Source: Candidatus Latescibacterota bacterium
GTDB lineage: Bacteria; Latescibacterota; UBA2968
Direction of reading: 5' to 3'
NCBI GenBank assembly: GCA_965204375.1
Contig: OZ241986.1
Location: forward strand, 1,216,001-1,280,000
DNA length: 64,000 nucleotides
Shown here: positions 30,805-40,360 of the stretch, one piece after another
Layout: each line of letters starts with the position of its first letter
Position numbering within the stretch: position 1 is the stretch's first letter
Notes under the pieces: model-generated
Told to the model about the DNA's origin: nothing
The model's database searches: none
Seen by the model: the letters and a program-made list of their open reading frames with translations, nothing else
Program-made: the position numbers and the translations under genes

Positions 30805-32634
30805 ATTCTGATACGGTTCTATTCTGCCGTTGCGAATGGTGAGCATATACATCCAGGCATTTTCCCGATGGCCTTTGCCAAAGGATATTTGGCCGGTTGC
30901 ACCGGGTACATCTGTGAGGGTTTCAAGGTGCTCTCGCAGGAGGTTTCGGGTGGTGCCGCCCGCGTTTATGCCGTGCAGGATGGACAGCATGGCATCGTAT
31001 CCGAGGGCAGCAACGATATTCTGTTCTTTGCCAAAGCGAGAGCGGTACGCGTTGACGAAATTTTGCACGGATTCGAGATGGCTCTGGTCGTAGTATTTTG
31101 CTACAAAAATAGCACCATCGACGTAATTCCCACCATCGCGAGCCACTTCATCGTGGTTCCAGCCATCACTGCCGAGCACCTGGGAAGAGACGAGGGCGGA
31201 GTGAAATTGGGGGGCGATGAGTAAGATGTCTTCAGCTCCACCGGCAATGAGGATTCCGTCCAGAGCTTCGACAACTTCGAGTTGCACAGTGTCCGGATCA
31301 ACTACGACGGGTGGGGGAGGGGCGACGTGTATGTTGCCGAGGATTAATGAGTCAATTGCCGAAGCGAGATCGTCGGGCGCTTGAAGTGCCAGTCCCGCGC
31401 TGCGGATGCGTTCAAATTGGCGGCGATAATCCGTAGTGCCCGGTTCGTACCATTCTTGAATGAGTACTTCGGCGCCGAGGTCTTCGGCTCTGGTGGCAAA
31501 TTCGCGGGCGATGTCCCGGCCATAATCATCTCGAGACGCAAGTGAGGCCAGCGTTCGCAAGCCCTGTTTATTCACGGCGTGTTCTGCAATGCGCCTGCCC
31601 TGTGCCCCTGGTGTTGCATTGACTTGAAAAACATAGGGACTGAGGGATGCAATGCCGTCGTCTGAGGCTGTTGGAGCCACCAGGGGCACTTTTTGGGCAC
31701 TTAGCATAGTTGCAATAGGCGTGGTTACCGCGCTTGTGAGTGCGCCGATGATGGCGAGTACTTCGCGTTCTTCAACAAGGCGCTGTGCCGCGCGTGCTGC
31801 GCGAATGGGGTCGCCTTCGGAGTCTTCAAATATCAGTTCGACCTGGTCGTGAGATGCGAGTGGATTGCGGTCTCTCGCGAGTGTGATGCCGTTGCGGAGG
31901 TCTTCGCCGCTTGGGGTGCCCAATGGGGCGATGATGCCGATTTTATAGCGCGCATTTTGGGGTTCTGGTTCCGGGGTAGGTTGGGACGAAGATATGAGGA
32001 TTTGGCGCGCGAGCGCAGCGAATTGCCCATTTGGATGGTGATCGAGAAAGAGAGTCAGGTATTTGTTGCCTTTTTCGAGATCGCCGAGTTTGATGTGCCA
32101 GTGCGCTTTGCCAAAGGCAATGGCTTCGTCAATAATGGTGCGATTAAAGTCTGTTTTCAAATTTTCGGCCTCGCTATCAGGCAGTTTTTCGCTGCCCGAT
32201 AGTTGGCCCAGACGGTCGGCTGCACGCGCTTTGGTACGTATGTCGGCGCGACTGGTGATTACGCGCGCATATTGTGTGGCAGCGTTGTAAATCTGGTGTT
32301 GGTGAAAATAGCAGTCGCCAATGATCAGGTCGGTTTCAGAGATGTATCGGCTGCGCGGGTAGTGGTGTTGAAGCGCGATGGCTTCGTTCAGAGCCTGATC
32401 GTATGCTTTCAGTTTGTAATGCGATTTTGCCAGCATGAATTGCGCGGCAGAGGTGCGCTGATTGGGGGGGTGTTGTTCGACGAGTTCGATAAACCCATCC
32501 CGGGCGTCTGATAAATTGTCTTGATTGTAATGAGCAAGTGCGCGTTGGAAGAGGGTTTCCGCTTTCTGGCTGAATATCTCACCCGATATCTGGGTAGAAA
32601 AGAGGAAAAATAAGAGTATGGATAATGTTTTCAT
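30775..32634 (-). CDS. TPR plus periplasmic-binding-protein type 1 (LpoA/LivJ-like) exported protein
   Basis: Signal peptide, BamD-like TPRs, KIGIIAPL...IIGALTS, ALGYDA. Confidence 0.85.
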   Translation of the reverse strand: MKTLSILLFFLFSTQISGEIFSQKAETLFQRALAHYNQDNLSDARDGFIELVEQHPPNQRTSAAQFMLAKSHYKLKAYDQALNEAIALQHHYPRSRYISETDLIIGDCYFHQHQIYNAATQYARVITSRADIRTKARAADRLGQLSGSEKLPDSEAENLKTDFNRTIIDEAIAFGKAHWHIKLGDLEKGNKYLTLFLDHHPNGQFAALARQILISSSQPTPEPEPQNARYKIGIIAPLGTPSGEDLRNGITLARDRNPLASHDQVELIFEDSEGDPIRAARAAQRLVEEREVLAIIGALTSAVTTPIATMLSAQKVPLVAPTASDDGIASLSPYVFQVNATPGAQGRRIAEHAVNKQGLRTLASLASRDDYGRDIAREFATRAEDLGAEVLIQEWYEPGTTDYRRQFERIRSAGLALQAPDDLASAIDSLILGNIHVAPPPPVVVDPDTVQLEVVEALDGILIAGGAEDILLIAPQFHSALVSSQVLGSDGWNHDEVARDGGNYVDGAIFVAKYYDQSHLESVQNFVNAYRSRFGKEQNIVAALGYDAMLSILHGINAGGTTRNLLREHLETLTDVPGATGQISFGKGHRENAWMYMLTIRNGRIEPYQNPQMDADGRR

Positions 32635-33119
32635 TGAACAAAGTTGATAAAATCTTCTGGATGCAATTTTTGAAGTCTCTGCTGAAGGAGCCCGGGGGGA
32701 TGGTTTTTGGATAGTTCGACACTTTTTTTTATGACTTTTTCGTCAATGTAGATTGGCGCATCAAATTTGAGTGCCATCAAGATGGCGTCGCTGGGGCGCG
32801 CGTCGAGTTCCAATGGCGTTACAGGGGAGGTGAGATGCAATTGCGCGCGATAGACGTGGTCTATAATGTCCGTGATGAGCGCGTGTTGAACGCTGGCTTG
32901 CAGGTTTTGAATAACCGTTTTGATCAGGTCGTGTGCAAATGGACGCGGCGGTTTGAAATTTTCGCCTGCAATCTGAAGGGCAAGCGAGAACATTTCGCCT
33001 ATTTGAATCCATATTGGCACGCGGTGGTCGCCGTCTTTTTGTTTGAGCATAACAACCGGCTCTTCGAATTGGCGGTCGATAAATATGCCTTCGATTTGGG
33101 CTTCATAGACCATGGGCAC
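32631..33119 (-). CDS. Bifunctional nuclease family protein (DUF151)
   Basis: PIWI, PRPFAHDL, LDARPSDAI. Confidence 0.9.
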   Translation of the reverse strand: MPMVYEAQIEGIFIDRQFEEPVVMLKQKDGDHRVPIWIQIGEMFSLALQIAGENFKPPRPFAHDLIKTVIQNLQASVQHALITDIIDHVYRAQLHLTSPVTPLELDARPSDAILMALKFDAPIYIDEKVIKKSVELSKNHPPGLLQQRLQKLHPEDFINFVQ

Positions 33120-33210
33120 GACCTCCGTTGGTTTCGTGAAATATAAAGGAGGGCAATGGAAGGGTCAAGCGATCATAAGATATTGAGGATGGTGTGATTT
33201 TCAGACATTT

Positions 33211-33657
33211 TTAGATCTCAACGGTTTTAGGAGGGGATTGTGGATGCCCTTTGCGCCATTGGTCAATTTTTTGTGCGTCTAATTCTGTCAAGACAATATG
33301 CCCTTTCGCGCTGTTTTGGAGGCCAACTCCAATACCTGCTTTTGTCATGGATTTGATGATTCTTTGAATGGTGCGAGGGGAGACATTCCAGGATTTTGCC
33401 AGGCTCGATACGGTGAACATTTTCGAAGTCTGTCCGGCAATAATATTTTCTGGATTCTGTGTGATGTCTGACAAATTTACGGCCTGAGTAGCCGCATCTA
33501 TTGTGATAGATACGAGTCGCCCCTGATCGTCGTAGGAGAAGAGAATATTGTCATGCTCACCATCAACACCGGCATTTTCTGTTTTGGATACGAGGCCATG
33601 AGCCAGCGTAATTTCCAGGGTATCTGAATCGGGGAAATACATAAATGACTCTTTCAT
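33211..33657 (-). CDS. DUF2283-like antitoxin fused to a C-terminal HTH
   Basis: YFPDSDTLEI...ILFSYDDQGRLVSITI followed by TVSSLAKSWNVSPRTIQRII. Confidence 0.75.
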   Translation of the reverse strand: MKESFMYFPDSDTLEITLAHGLVSKTENAGVDGEHDNILFSYDDQGRLVSITIDAATQAVNLSDITQNPENIIAGQTSKMFTVSSLAKSWNVSPRTIQRIIKSMTKAGIGVGLQNSAKGHIVLTELDAQKIDQWRKGHPQSPPKTVEI

Positions 33658-33660
33658 GAT

Positions 33661-33906
33661 TCACTCCTTTTTATACCTGCTATCTGGAAAGGCGTTCAAG
33701 ACGGTTCTTCCGTCAGAAAGAAAGACAATTCGAAAATATTTTTTAGCATCGGCAATATAAACCCATCGGCGAATGCGTCCTGAAGATTCTACTGTGTAAC
33801 CTTCCATATTTCCACTGTCAACCGCATCGATAATTGCACGCAAATTTCTCAGTGTTTCAGGATGTTTTTCGAGAAGAACGGTAACAAAATAATTCGTGAC
33901 GTTCAT
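33661..33906 (-). CDS. Putative RelE/BrnT-like RNase toxin
   Basis: 81 aa; GRIRRW...YFRIVFLSDGRTVLNAFPD; directly upstream of the DUF2283 gene. Confidence 0.65.
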   Translation of the reverse strand: MNVTNYFVTVLLEKHPETLRNLRAIIDAVDSGNMEGYTVESSGRIRRWVYIADAKKYFRIVFLSDGRTVLNAFPDSRYKKE

Positions 33907-34133
33907 GCTCTGTTCTTTACAGAAAAGTTACGCAATTATGAAAATTATGACAACTATAGATAGGATGTTCGCAGTCGAGATTTTCAGGATATATGAGTTG
34001 ATTATTAAAGACTTCGTAACCCAATTTATGCAGATGTTCTATGACATTTTCCCTTATTTGTTTTTTACATCCATCCATTTTTTGTAAAACCTTTTTTACA
34101 AATTTATGGATTTTATATCTCTGAAGAACAGGT

Positions 34134-34778
34134 CTATTCCAAAACGAGTGAGACGGCGAGCCAGCCGCCTACGGGAATGATGTTGGAGATGAGTTTTGGG
34201 TGATCGGCAACGCGGCGGTTGTAGTCCTGTATGCCGCGGCGACCATCGCCTTCGGACAGGGCGCGGTGTGCGTGCCCGTGTCCATTGGCATTGTCGGCGA
34301 TGATGAGGCCGCCCGGGCGCGTGTTTTCAAGGGCAAAGTCTAGGTATTTGGGATAGCTTTCTTTGTCTGCGTCGATGAAGATAAGGTCAAAAGGTCCGTC
34401 TTCCACTGCGTCTTTCATGAGTTTTGTGCCGTCGCCTAATCGCACGTCTGTTCGGTCGGATAGTCCGGCTTTTTCGTAGTTGCGCCGCGTGACCTCGGCG
34501 TGTTTGGGGTCAATTTCGAGGGTGATGAATTGCCCGTCTTCAGGCAGTGCACGGGCGAGCCAGATCCCCGAATAACCAGCGAGCGCGCCAAATTCGAGGA
34601 TTTTTTTAGCGCCGATTGTTTTTGCGAGCAAATACAGGGTTTGTCCGGCTTCGGGGCTGACTGAGATTCGCGGAATCCCCTGTTCGGCAGCGTCGGGCAT
34701 GATGTTTTTGAGCAAGTCGTCTTCGCGGGCGAAGACTTCCCGTTTGTATGTGTCGAGATCGGGATAGGTTTGTTGCAT
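34134..34778 (-). CDS. O-methyltransferase (Methyltransf_3)
   Basis: ILEFGALAGYS, FDLIFIDADK, ADN. Confidence 0.92.
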   Translation of the reverse strand: MQQTYPDLDTYKREVFAREDDLLKNIMPDAAEQGIPRISVSPEAGQTLYLLAKTIGAKKILEFGALAGYSGIWLARALPEDGQFITLEIDPKHAEVTRRNYEKAGLSDRTDVRLGDGTKLMKDAVEDGPFDLIFIDADKESYPKYLDFALENTRPGGLIIADNANGHGHAHRALSEGDGRRGIQDYNRRVADHPKLISNIIPVGGWLAVSLVLE

Positions 34779-34866
34779 TGGGTTATCCTTTAAAGGTGAG
34801 ATGTGAGACGAAAGAGGAGAGTACACCACCGAACACACCAGCCCCCAGTCCCCAGCCTCTTGTTTT

Positions 34867-35910
34867 TTAGAATGTGACTCTTATGCCTTCTTTTGCCGAT
34901 TGATACGCGCCGAGGATCATTTCAACGGAGACGCGCCCCTCTTCGGGGGAGACGCGCTCGTCACTCAGGCCGCGGATATAGTTGATGAATGGGCGGGGTA
35001 TAGCGGCGATGCGCTCGCCCTGCCCTTTGGGGATGTCCATTTTGTATTCGGTCCAGCGGTCGTCACCGCGACGGATGTATTTGAGTGGGACGGCGTCTTC
35101 TGATCGCGGCGCAGAGGTGGAGGGCGCGTCGCCGTAGTCCTGGATGATGGTTCCTTCGTCGCCGTAGATTTCAGTGGTGTTGACGCCTGCGGCAGTGGTG
35201 GAGCCATTGAACAATATGCCCATCATGCCGGTTGCAAAACGGAAGATGGAGACGCCGTTATCATCAGGCGCTGTATCTGTTACGATGTTGTCGATTTCGG
35301 CCATTACTGAGGCGGGGCGGCCAAAGATCCAGTAGAACCAGTCGGCGGCATGGGTGGCGTCGTCGAAGTACATTCCAATATTGGCAATGGGGTCGAGGTG
35401 CCATCTGGACGCGCCAGTGACAAAGTGGGGATTGAGCAGAACGGGGATGCAATGTCTTCGGCGAACAACTGCGATATTCCCGACGATGCCCTTGTCAACG
35501 AGTTCCTTAATTTTTCGGTTGACGGGATCCTGCCGCATCTGAAAGGCCATGCTGAATTTGACACCCGATTTATTTACGGCTTCGATGATGCGGTCGCAAT
35601 CTTCAAGGGTGGTGGCCATGGGTTTTTGCAGCAGGATGTTTTTACCCGCCTGAGCGGCCATGAGCGCGTATTCTGCGTGGCGATTGGTTTCTATGCCGAT
35701 CATGACGGTGTCGATGTTTGGGTCGCCGAGTACGGCGTCTGCTGATGCGCGAAATTCCATGTCGAATTTTTCAGCGTTTTCGCGTCCTCGGTCTTTGTTG
35801 TCGTCCCATGTGGCGATGAGTTCGACATCTTCAAAATGCTGCATTTGACCGCAATATGTGTTGATGTGTCCGTGTGCGTGGCTGATGACGCCAATGTGAA
35901 CTTTGTCCAT
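34867..35910 (-). CDS. Gfo/Idh/MocA oxidoreductase
   Basis: QKPMA and DDATHAAD motifs; Rossmann-like N-terminus. Confidence 0.9.
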   Translation of the reverse strand: MDKVHIGVISHAHGHINTYCGQMQHFEDVELIATWDDNKDRGRENAEKFDMEFRASADAVLGDPNIDTVMIGIETNRHAEYALMAAQAGKNILLQKPMATTLEDCDRIIEAVNKSGVKFSMAFQMRQDPVNRKIKELVDKGIVGNIAVVRRRHCIPVLLNPHFVTGASRWHLDPIANIGMYFDDATHAADWFYWIFGRPASVMAEIDNIVTDTAPDDNGVSIFRFATGMMGILFNGSTTAAGVNTTEIYGDEGTIIQDYGDAPSTSAPRSEDAVPLKYIRRGDDRWTEYKMDIPKGQGERIAAIPRPFINYIRGLSDERVSPEEGRVSVEMILGAYQSAKEGIRVTF

Positions 35911-35918
35911 AAATGCCC

Positions 35919-36911
35919 CTATTTTACGTAAACTACGGTTTCGGTATCGAGCGATTCAATGGCTGCTGCAATGACTTTTTGCGCGGCGAGTCCTTCTTCG
36001 CCCGAGCCGTCGATGTCTTCGGGTGCAACCCCGTCACTGACCTGGCGGAGAAATGTGCCGATGCGGTCGCGAAAGGTGTCGATAAAGTCTCCAAATCCCC
36101 CAAAGGCAGGGTCTGTGTACACGGTTTTTTCGAGGTTGCCCGCCGGGTAGAGGGTGAGTTCGTGCCACATGTCTTCGAGGACGAACCGGCCGCCTGTGCC
36201 GGCAACTTCACAGCGTTCCATAGGGTGCCCGCGCTCGATGTCGTAACTGCCCGTGAGTGAGCCGACCACGCCGTTTTTAAAACGCATGTTAAACTGCGCG
36301 GTGGACCATATTTGACGCCCGGGTGCTTTGGTGGCAAAACATTGAACCGCTTCTATATCGCCGCAGAAATAGCGCATGACGTCAATGGTGTGTGGGTGAA
36401 GTGCTTTGAGGTGATAATACGGCGAGCTTTCCGCCGGGTTCATGATCCACATTGCCATATTGATAAAAAGCAGATGGCCCAGGTGCCCTTCATCAACCCA
36501 TTTTTTTGCAAGGCGAGCAGCAGGAGTAAAGCGGTGGTTGAGGTCAATGCCGTAGCAGACGCCCATTTCTTTTGCTTTGGTGACCATTTCTTCGCCGTGG
36601 GAAATATTATTTGAGATGGGTTTTTCGCCCAGGACGTGACAGCCAGCTTCGATGGCTTGCATGGTGGGCGCGTAGTGATCACTGCTGTATTCATAGCCGC
36701 CCGTGGCTACGCTTACCACATCGGGTTTGAGTTCTTCAAGCATTTTTGGAACGTTATAAAAAGCGGTGACACCCAGGCGTTGTGCGGCCGCGTTGGCGCG
36801 GGTTTCGTCGATGTCGCATACGCCCACGAGATCGGATAGTGGGTTTTCTACATAAATATCAGCGTGCCGGTTGCCAATTGGTCCCAGCCCGATGACACAT
36901 ACACGTAGCAT
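35919..36911 (-). CDS. Gfo/Idh/MocA oxidoreductase
   Basis: GLGPIG, EKP, NHRF. Confidence 0.9.
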   Translation of the reverse strand: MLRVCVIGLGPIGNRHADIYVENPLSDLVGVCDIDETRANAAAQRLGVTAFYNVPKMLEELKPDVVSVATGGYEYSSDHYAPTMQAIEAGCHVLGEKPISNNISHGEEMVTKAKEMGVCYGIDLNHRFTPAARLAKKWVDEGHLGHLLFINMAMWIMNPAESSPYYHLKALHPHTIDVMRYFCGDIEAVQCFATKAPGRQIWSTAQFNMRFKNGVVGSLTGSYDIERGHPMERCEVAGTGGRFVLEDMWHELTLYPAGNLEKTVYTDPAFGGFGDFIDTFRDRIGTFLRQVSDGVAPEDIDGSGEEGLAAQKVIAAAIESLDTETVVYVK

Positions 36912-37145
36912 AAGGAAGGATCTCCATATTTTGGATTTGGTGCTCAATCGTCCAGTGTTTTGTCTTTTTATTTAAGCATAAATTATTTTTCGTCAAGATG
37001 TTTGCGAGGCGGGTACAATTTTAGTAGAAGTGTAATTTCTGGCCTGCAATAGGGTATTTTTCCTTGCCAAGTGTGTTTGAATCCGCTAAATTACGGCGTC
37101 CTGTTTTTCGAAATTTAACGGAGTTGATCATTTCTACAAAATGCT

Positions 37146-37526
37146 ATGAAGCGCGAAAGAATACATTATAACACGGTGCGCGAGATTTGTTTTTCGCCAG
37201 AAGATATCGCTCGTCTTTCCGATAATTTACAGAAAAACGGTGCGCCGTGTCATATCAGTCATTTAATGCCCGGCGAGGCAGATCCCGTGCGTTTGGCTCA
37301 GGTTAAAGACGTTATTGAGACGGTGCTGACGGGGCGTAAGTACGAGGTTTTGTTGCTGCGCTCGCAGGGTAAGACTTTTACAGAAATCGCGTTGCTTTTA
37401 GAGATCTCAAAAAGTGCAGTACAAAGTCACTACCGCATCGCTATAAGACGGGTGCAACGCGCTCTGGGTATAGAACCCGGGCAAAAGGTCAAACCTCCAT
37501 CACCAGCGAAGTATTCTATGGTCTAA
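37146..37526 (+). CDS. Sigma70 region-4 / LuxR-type HTH protein
   Basis: LTGRKYEVLLLRSQGKTFTEIALLLEISKSAVQSHYRIA. Confidence 0.75.
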   Translation: MKRERIHYNTVREICFSPEDIARLSDNLQKNGAPCHISHLMPGEADPVRLAQVKDVIETVLTGRKYEVLLLRSQGKTFTEIALLLEISKSAVQSHYRIAIRRVQRALGIEPGQKVKPPSPAKYSMV

Positions 37527-37696
37527 CTTTTCTCTCTGCTGTTTTGTCAATCAGGTTCCGCTTTGTGCGCGACCTGTTTTTTTTTGCTCCAAGCTCCAGT
37601 CCCTCGCCTTTTTCTTGTCTTTGTCCCATTCCTTTGTATCTTTGGTGGTCATTAAAGTTGTAAATCGCGTTTTTTCATTTTTCAAAGGAGTTTTCC

Positions 37697-38074
37697 ATGG
37701 CTGTATTTCTTCATACGCGCGTTCGCGTGAGCGATTTGGATAAGTCGATCCAGTATTATTGCGATCACTTTGGTTTTGTGGTGAAGAGTCGTTCGGAAAA
37801 GTCGCCAGCGGGCAATCAGATCTGCCATCTGGAATTGCCGGGCAACGAGCATACGCTGGAGTTGACGTATTCTGATGATTACGAGTTGAATGTGCCCGAA
37901 GATCTGATGCATTTCGCGATCGGCGTGCCCGATTTGATTGCCTTTTGCGATGAACTGGAGAAAAAAGGACTCGATATTTGGCCCGGCGATTGGCGAGAGA
38001 CGTTCCCCACGGGTCGCAAAATGGCGTTTGTCGATGATCCCGATGGGTATGAAATTGAGTTGTTGGAGAGGTAA
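37697..38074 (+). CDS. VOC/glyoxalase family protein
   Basis: HTRVRVSDLDKSIQYY, LELTY, HFAIGV, FVDDPDGYEIELL. Confidence 0.92.
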   Translation: MAVFLHTRVRVSDLDKSIQYYCDHFGFVVKSRSEKSPAGNQICHLELPGNEHTLELTYSDDYELNVPEDLMHFAIGVPDLIAFCDELEKKGLDIWPGDWRETFPTGRKMAFVDDPDGYEIELLER

Positions 38075-38077
38075 GAA

Positions 38078-38115
38078 TTAAGGGATCGCCTGACTGAAAT
38101 AAGACGGTCCCTTAA
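38078..38115 (+). terminator. Hairpin after the glyoxalase gene
   Basis: TTAAGGGATCG...CGGTCCCTTAA inverted repeat followed by GTTATTTT. Confidence 0.5.
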
Positions 38116-38145
38116 GTTATTTTAGGCTCGGTAGGGGGGAATGCT

Positions 38146-38397
38146 ATGGTAACGGTCACTTTTAAACTGCCAGAAGATGTGCTTTCGTCTGTGCGTAAAG
38201 ACCCCGATCATTTCGCTCAGGAATTGCGTTTGGCTGCTGCGGTGAAATGGTACGAAATGGGGGAGGTTTCCCAAAGCAGGGCGGCTGAGATTGCGGGACT
38301 ATCCCGCAGTGAGTTCATAGAGGCATTAGGCCGATTTGAGGTTTCAGTATTCCAATACAGCGTGGATGAAATCTCAGAAGAAGTAAACCGTGAGTGA
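38146..38397 (+). CDS. UPF0175-family antitoxin
   Basis: ELRLAAAVKWYEMGEVSQSRAAEIAGLSRSEF. Confidence 0.88.
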   Translation: MVTVTFKLPEDVLSSVRKDPDHFAQELRLAAAVKWYEMGEVSQSRAAEIAGLSRSEFIEALGRFEVSVFQYSVDEISEEVNRE

Positions 38398-38455
38398 AGG
38401 GTGGGTACTCAATGCCTCGCCGATCATTACCCTTGCCAAAGTTGGTCTTCTTTAG
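38390..38455 (+). pseudogene. Truncated DUF3368/PIN toxin remnant
   Basis: GTG overlapping the antitoxin stop; reads MSEGWVLNASPIITLAKVGLL* (a DUF3368-type start) and stops after 21 aa. Confidence 0.75.
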
Positions 38456-38467
38456 AGGGACGGAGCG

Positions 38468-40360
38468 ATGAATGATGTGGAAAGATTGCAGAAAGCCTGC
38501 AACGCAGTGAAAGACGATCCAGAAAGGCATGAGAGGATAAGTGAACTGTTAGAGTATGTTGATAAGGCCGACTTGAATAAAAGAAAAAGCGAGAGATTTC
38601 ACAGTCGCATTTGGGGTAAAACCATTTCAGGTGTAGGTCGGAGGGGGGATGTCAATGTTGAACCAGCCATTAGCGATACGCTGTTGCGTTCGTGGCTGGC
38701 AGAGGAATCTTTTGAGGTTAATTTACTCTATGGTAGTAGTGAGGAGGAGCAACTCAATGCCATAGAAGAATTTCACAATGATCTGCTTGAGCGTGTTACG
38801 CAGTTAGGCGTAAGCCCCCATCCGTGGGCGATGGTAACTCGGCTATCAGCAGCCCTGTTTCCCTGTTATTTTACAACATTAGTTTCGGAGTCCAAACTCA
38901 ACGAATTTATCACAAAATTCAACAAATATTTCCCTACTATGCAAATCGATCCTCGTGGCTCAGTTCCTCGGAAGCATCGGCAAATTCTCGACAATCTGGC
39001 TACGGCTTTGGGTCCAGTATCTGATGATGACTTCGAACAGTTGGCTTGCCGGATGAATTTACCCTTCAGGCTAATAGAGCTAATAGAGTTAATAGAGTTA
39101 ATGGAATGGGGTAAACTGACGCCAGAGTCGGAATCTATCCCGCAGAACATCATTCTCTATGGCCCGCCTGGCACTGGCAAGACCTATAGCACAACGCAAA
39201 AGGCACTTGAGTTAATTTTGGGTAAAGATAAAATCAAAAATCTTAAGTCAGATGAGATCAAATCCCGATCTCGAGAATATATAAAAAAAGGACAAATCGA
39301 GTTCGTCACGTTCCATCAGTCCTACGGTTACGAGGAGTTCGTTGAGGGATTGCGCCCAGTCCTCAATGAGGACGAAGGCAGTGATGTTCGCTACCAGCTA
39401 CATGATGGTGTCTTTAAGCGAATTGCTCTGCGTGCTGCCGCCGAGGGATTGACCAAATCTGAGGATTCTTATATAGATAATGCCGTGCAGGAAGTCTTGG
39501 ATAAGGGCACATCATTCTCATTTTCGACGGAAACCCCGCAATACGTGCTCATCATTGACGAGATTAACCGAGGCAATATCAGCAAGGTTCTCGGTGAACT
39601 AATTACTTTGCTCGAACCGGACAAGCGGCTTGGGGCTGATAACGAGTTGATATTGCGGCTTCCATACTCGCCAGCGCATCGTTTTGGCGTTCCGCCGAAT
39701 CTGCACATCCTCGGCACGATGAACACGGCTGATCGCTCGATAGCTCTGATGGACGTGGCGTTGAGAAGGCGTTTCACATTTGAAGAGCGAATGCCAGATG
39801 CGACTGTTCTCAAGAATGAACTGACTTGCAAATTGCGGGATAACGAACCCCTCGTCACGTTAATTGTTGACCTGTTCAATACCTTAAATGAAAGAATCCG
39901 ATTCCTATATGATCAAGATCATCAACTCGGACATTCCTATTTCCTAAATGTGAACAGTTTGGCGGACCTGCGCCGCGTCTTTGTTGACCGGATAATTCCT
40001 CTCCTACAGGAGTATTTCTACGGGGACTGGTACAAGATATGCACTGTTCTCGGCTGTCCTTACGACGAGGATGGTGAAAAAAGGTCAAACAACGATCATC
40101 CGATTGTGGAAGCCGAGAAGTTTGGAGAAGTGGACACGCCCGGATTTGATCAGGATGATTACGAAGATCGGGTGGATTTTACGATCTCAGCAAATTTCTT
40201 GGGAGACACAATGACTGACGAGGACCTTGGCCGTACATTTCTCGGAGTGTTACCTGACAAATTTGACAAATCTGACGACCGCCTTGCAGGTTTGATAGGC
40301 AATGGACCCTCGTCGGATGAGGAAGAAGGCGGTGAGGACGAGTCAGAGGACAATCAGTGA
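38468..40360 (+). CDS. mcrB: McrB-like AAA+ GTPase with unassigned N-terminal domain
   Basis: GPPGTGKT, VTFHQSYGYEEFVEG, IDEINRGN, MNTADRS, ALRRRF, LGHSYF. Confidence 0.92.
   Translation: MNDVERLQKACNAVKDDPERHERISELLEYVDKADLNKRKSERFHSRIWGKTISGVGRRGDVNVEPAISDTLLRSWLAEESFEVNLLYGSSEEEQLNAIEEFHNDLLERVTQLGVSPHPWAMVTRLSAALFPCYFTTLVSESKLNEFITKFNKYFPTMQIDPRGSVPRKHRQILDNLATALGPVSDDDFEQLACRMNLPFRLIELIELIELMEWGKLTPESESIPQNIILYGPPGTGKTYSTTQKALELILGKDKIKNLKSDEIKSRSREYIKKGQIEFVTFHQSYGYEEFVEGLRPVLNEDEGSDVRYQLHDGVFKRIALRAAAEGLTKSEDSYIDNAVQEVLDKGTSFSFSTETPQYVLIIDEINRGNISKVLGELITLLEPDKRLGADNELILRLPYSPAHRFGVPPNLHILGTMNTADRSIALMDVALRRRFTFEERMPDATVLKNELTCKLRDNEPLVTLIVDLFNTLNERIRFLYDQDHQLGHSYFLNVNSLADLRRVFVDRIIPLLQEYFYGDWYKICTVLGCPYDEDGEKRSNNDHPIVEAEKFGEVDTPGFDQDDYEDRVDFTISANFLGDTMTDEDLGRTFLGVLPDKFDKSDDRLAGLIGNGPSSDEEEGGEDESEDNQ
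39071..39106 (+). repeat. In-frame 9-bp tandem repeat in mcrB
   Basis: CTAATAGAG CTAATAGAG TTAATAGAG TTAATGGAA encoding LIELIELIELME. Confidence 0.85.

Noticed and set aside
33896-34087. 63-aa plus-strand ORF
   Set aside because: AT-rich region upstream of the TA pair with no RBS or motif; more likely promoter DNA.
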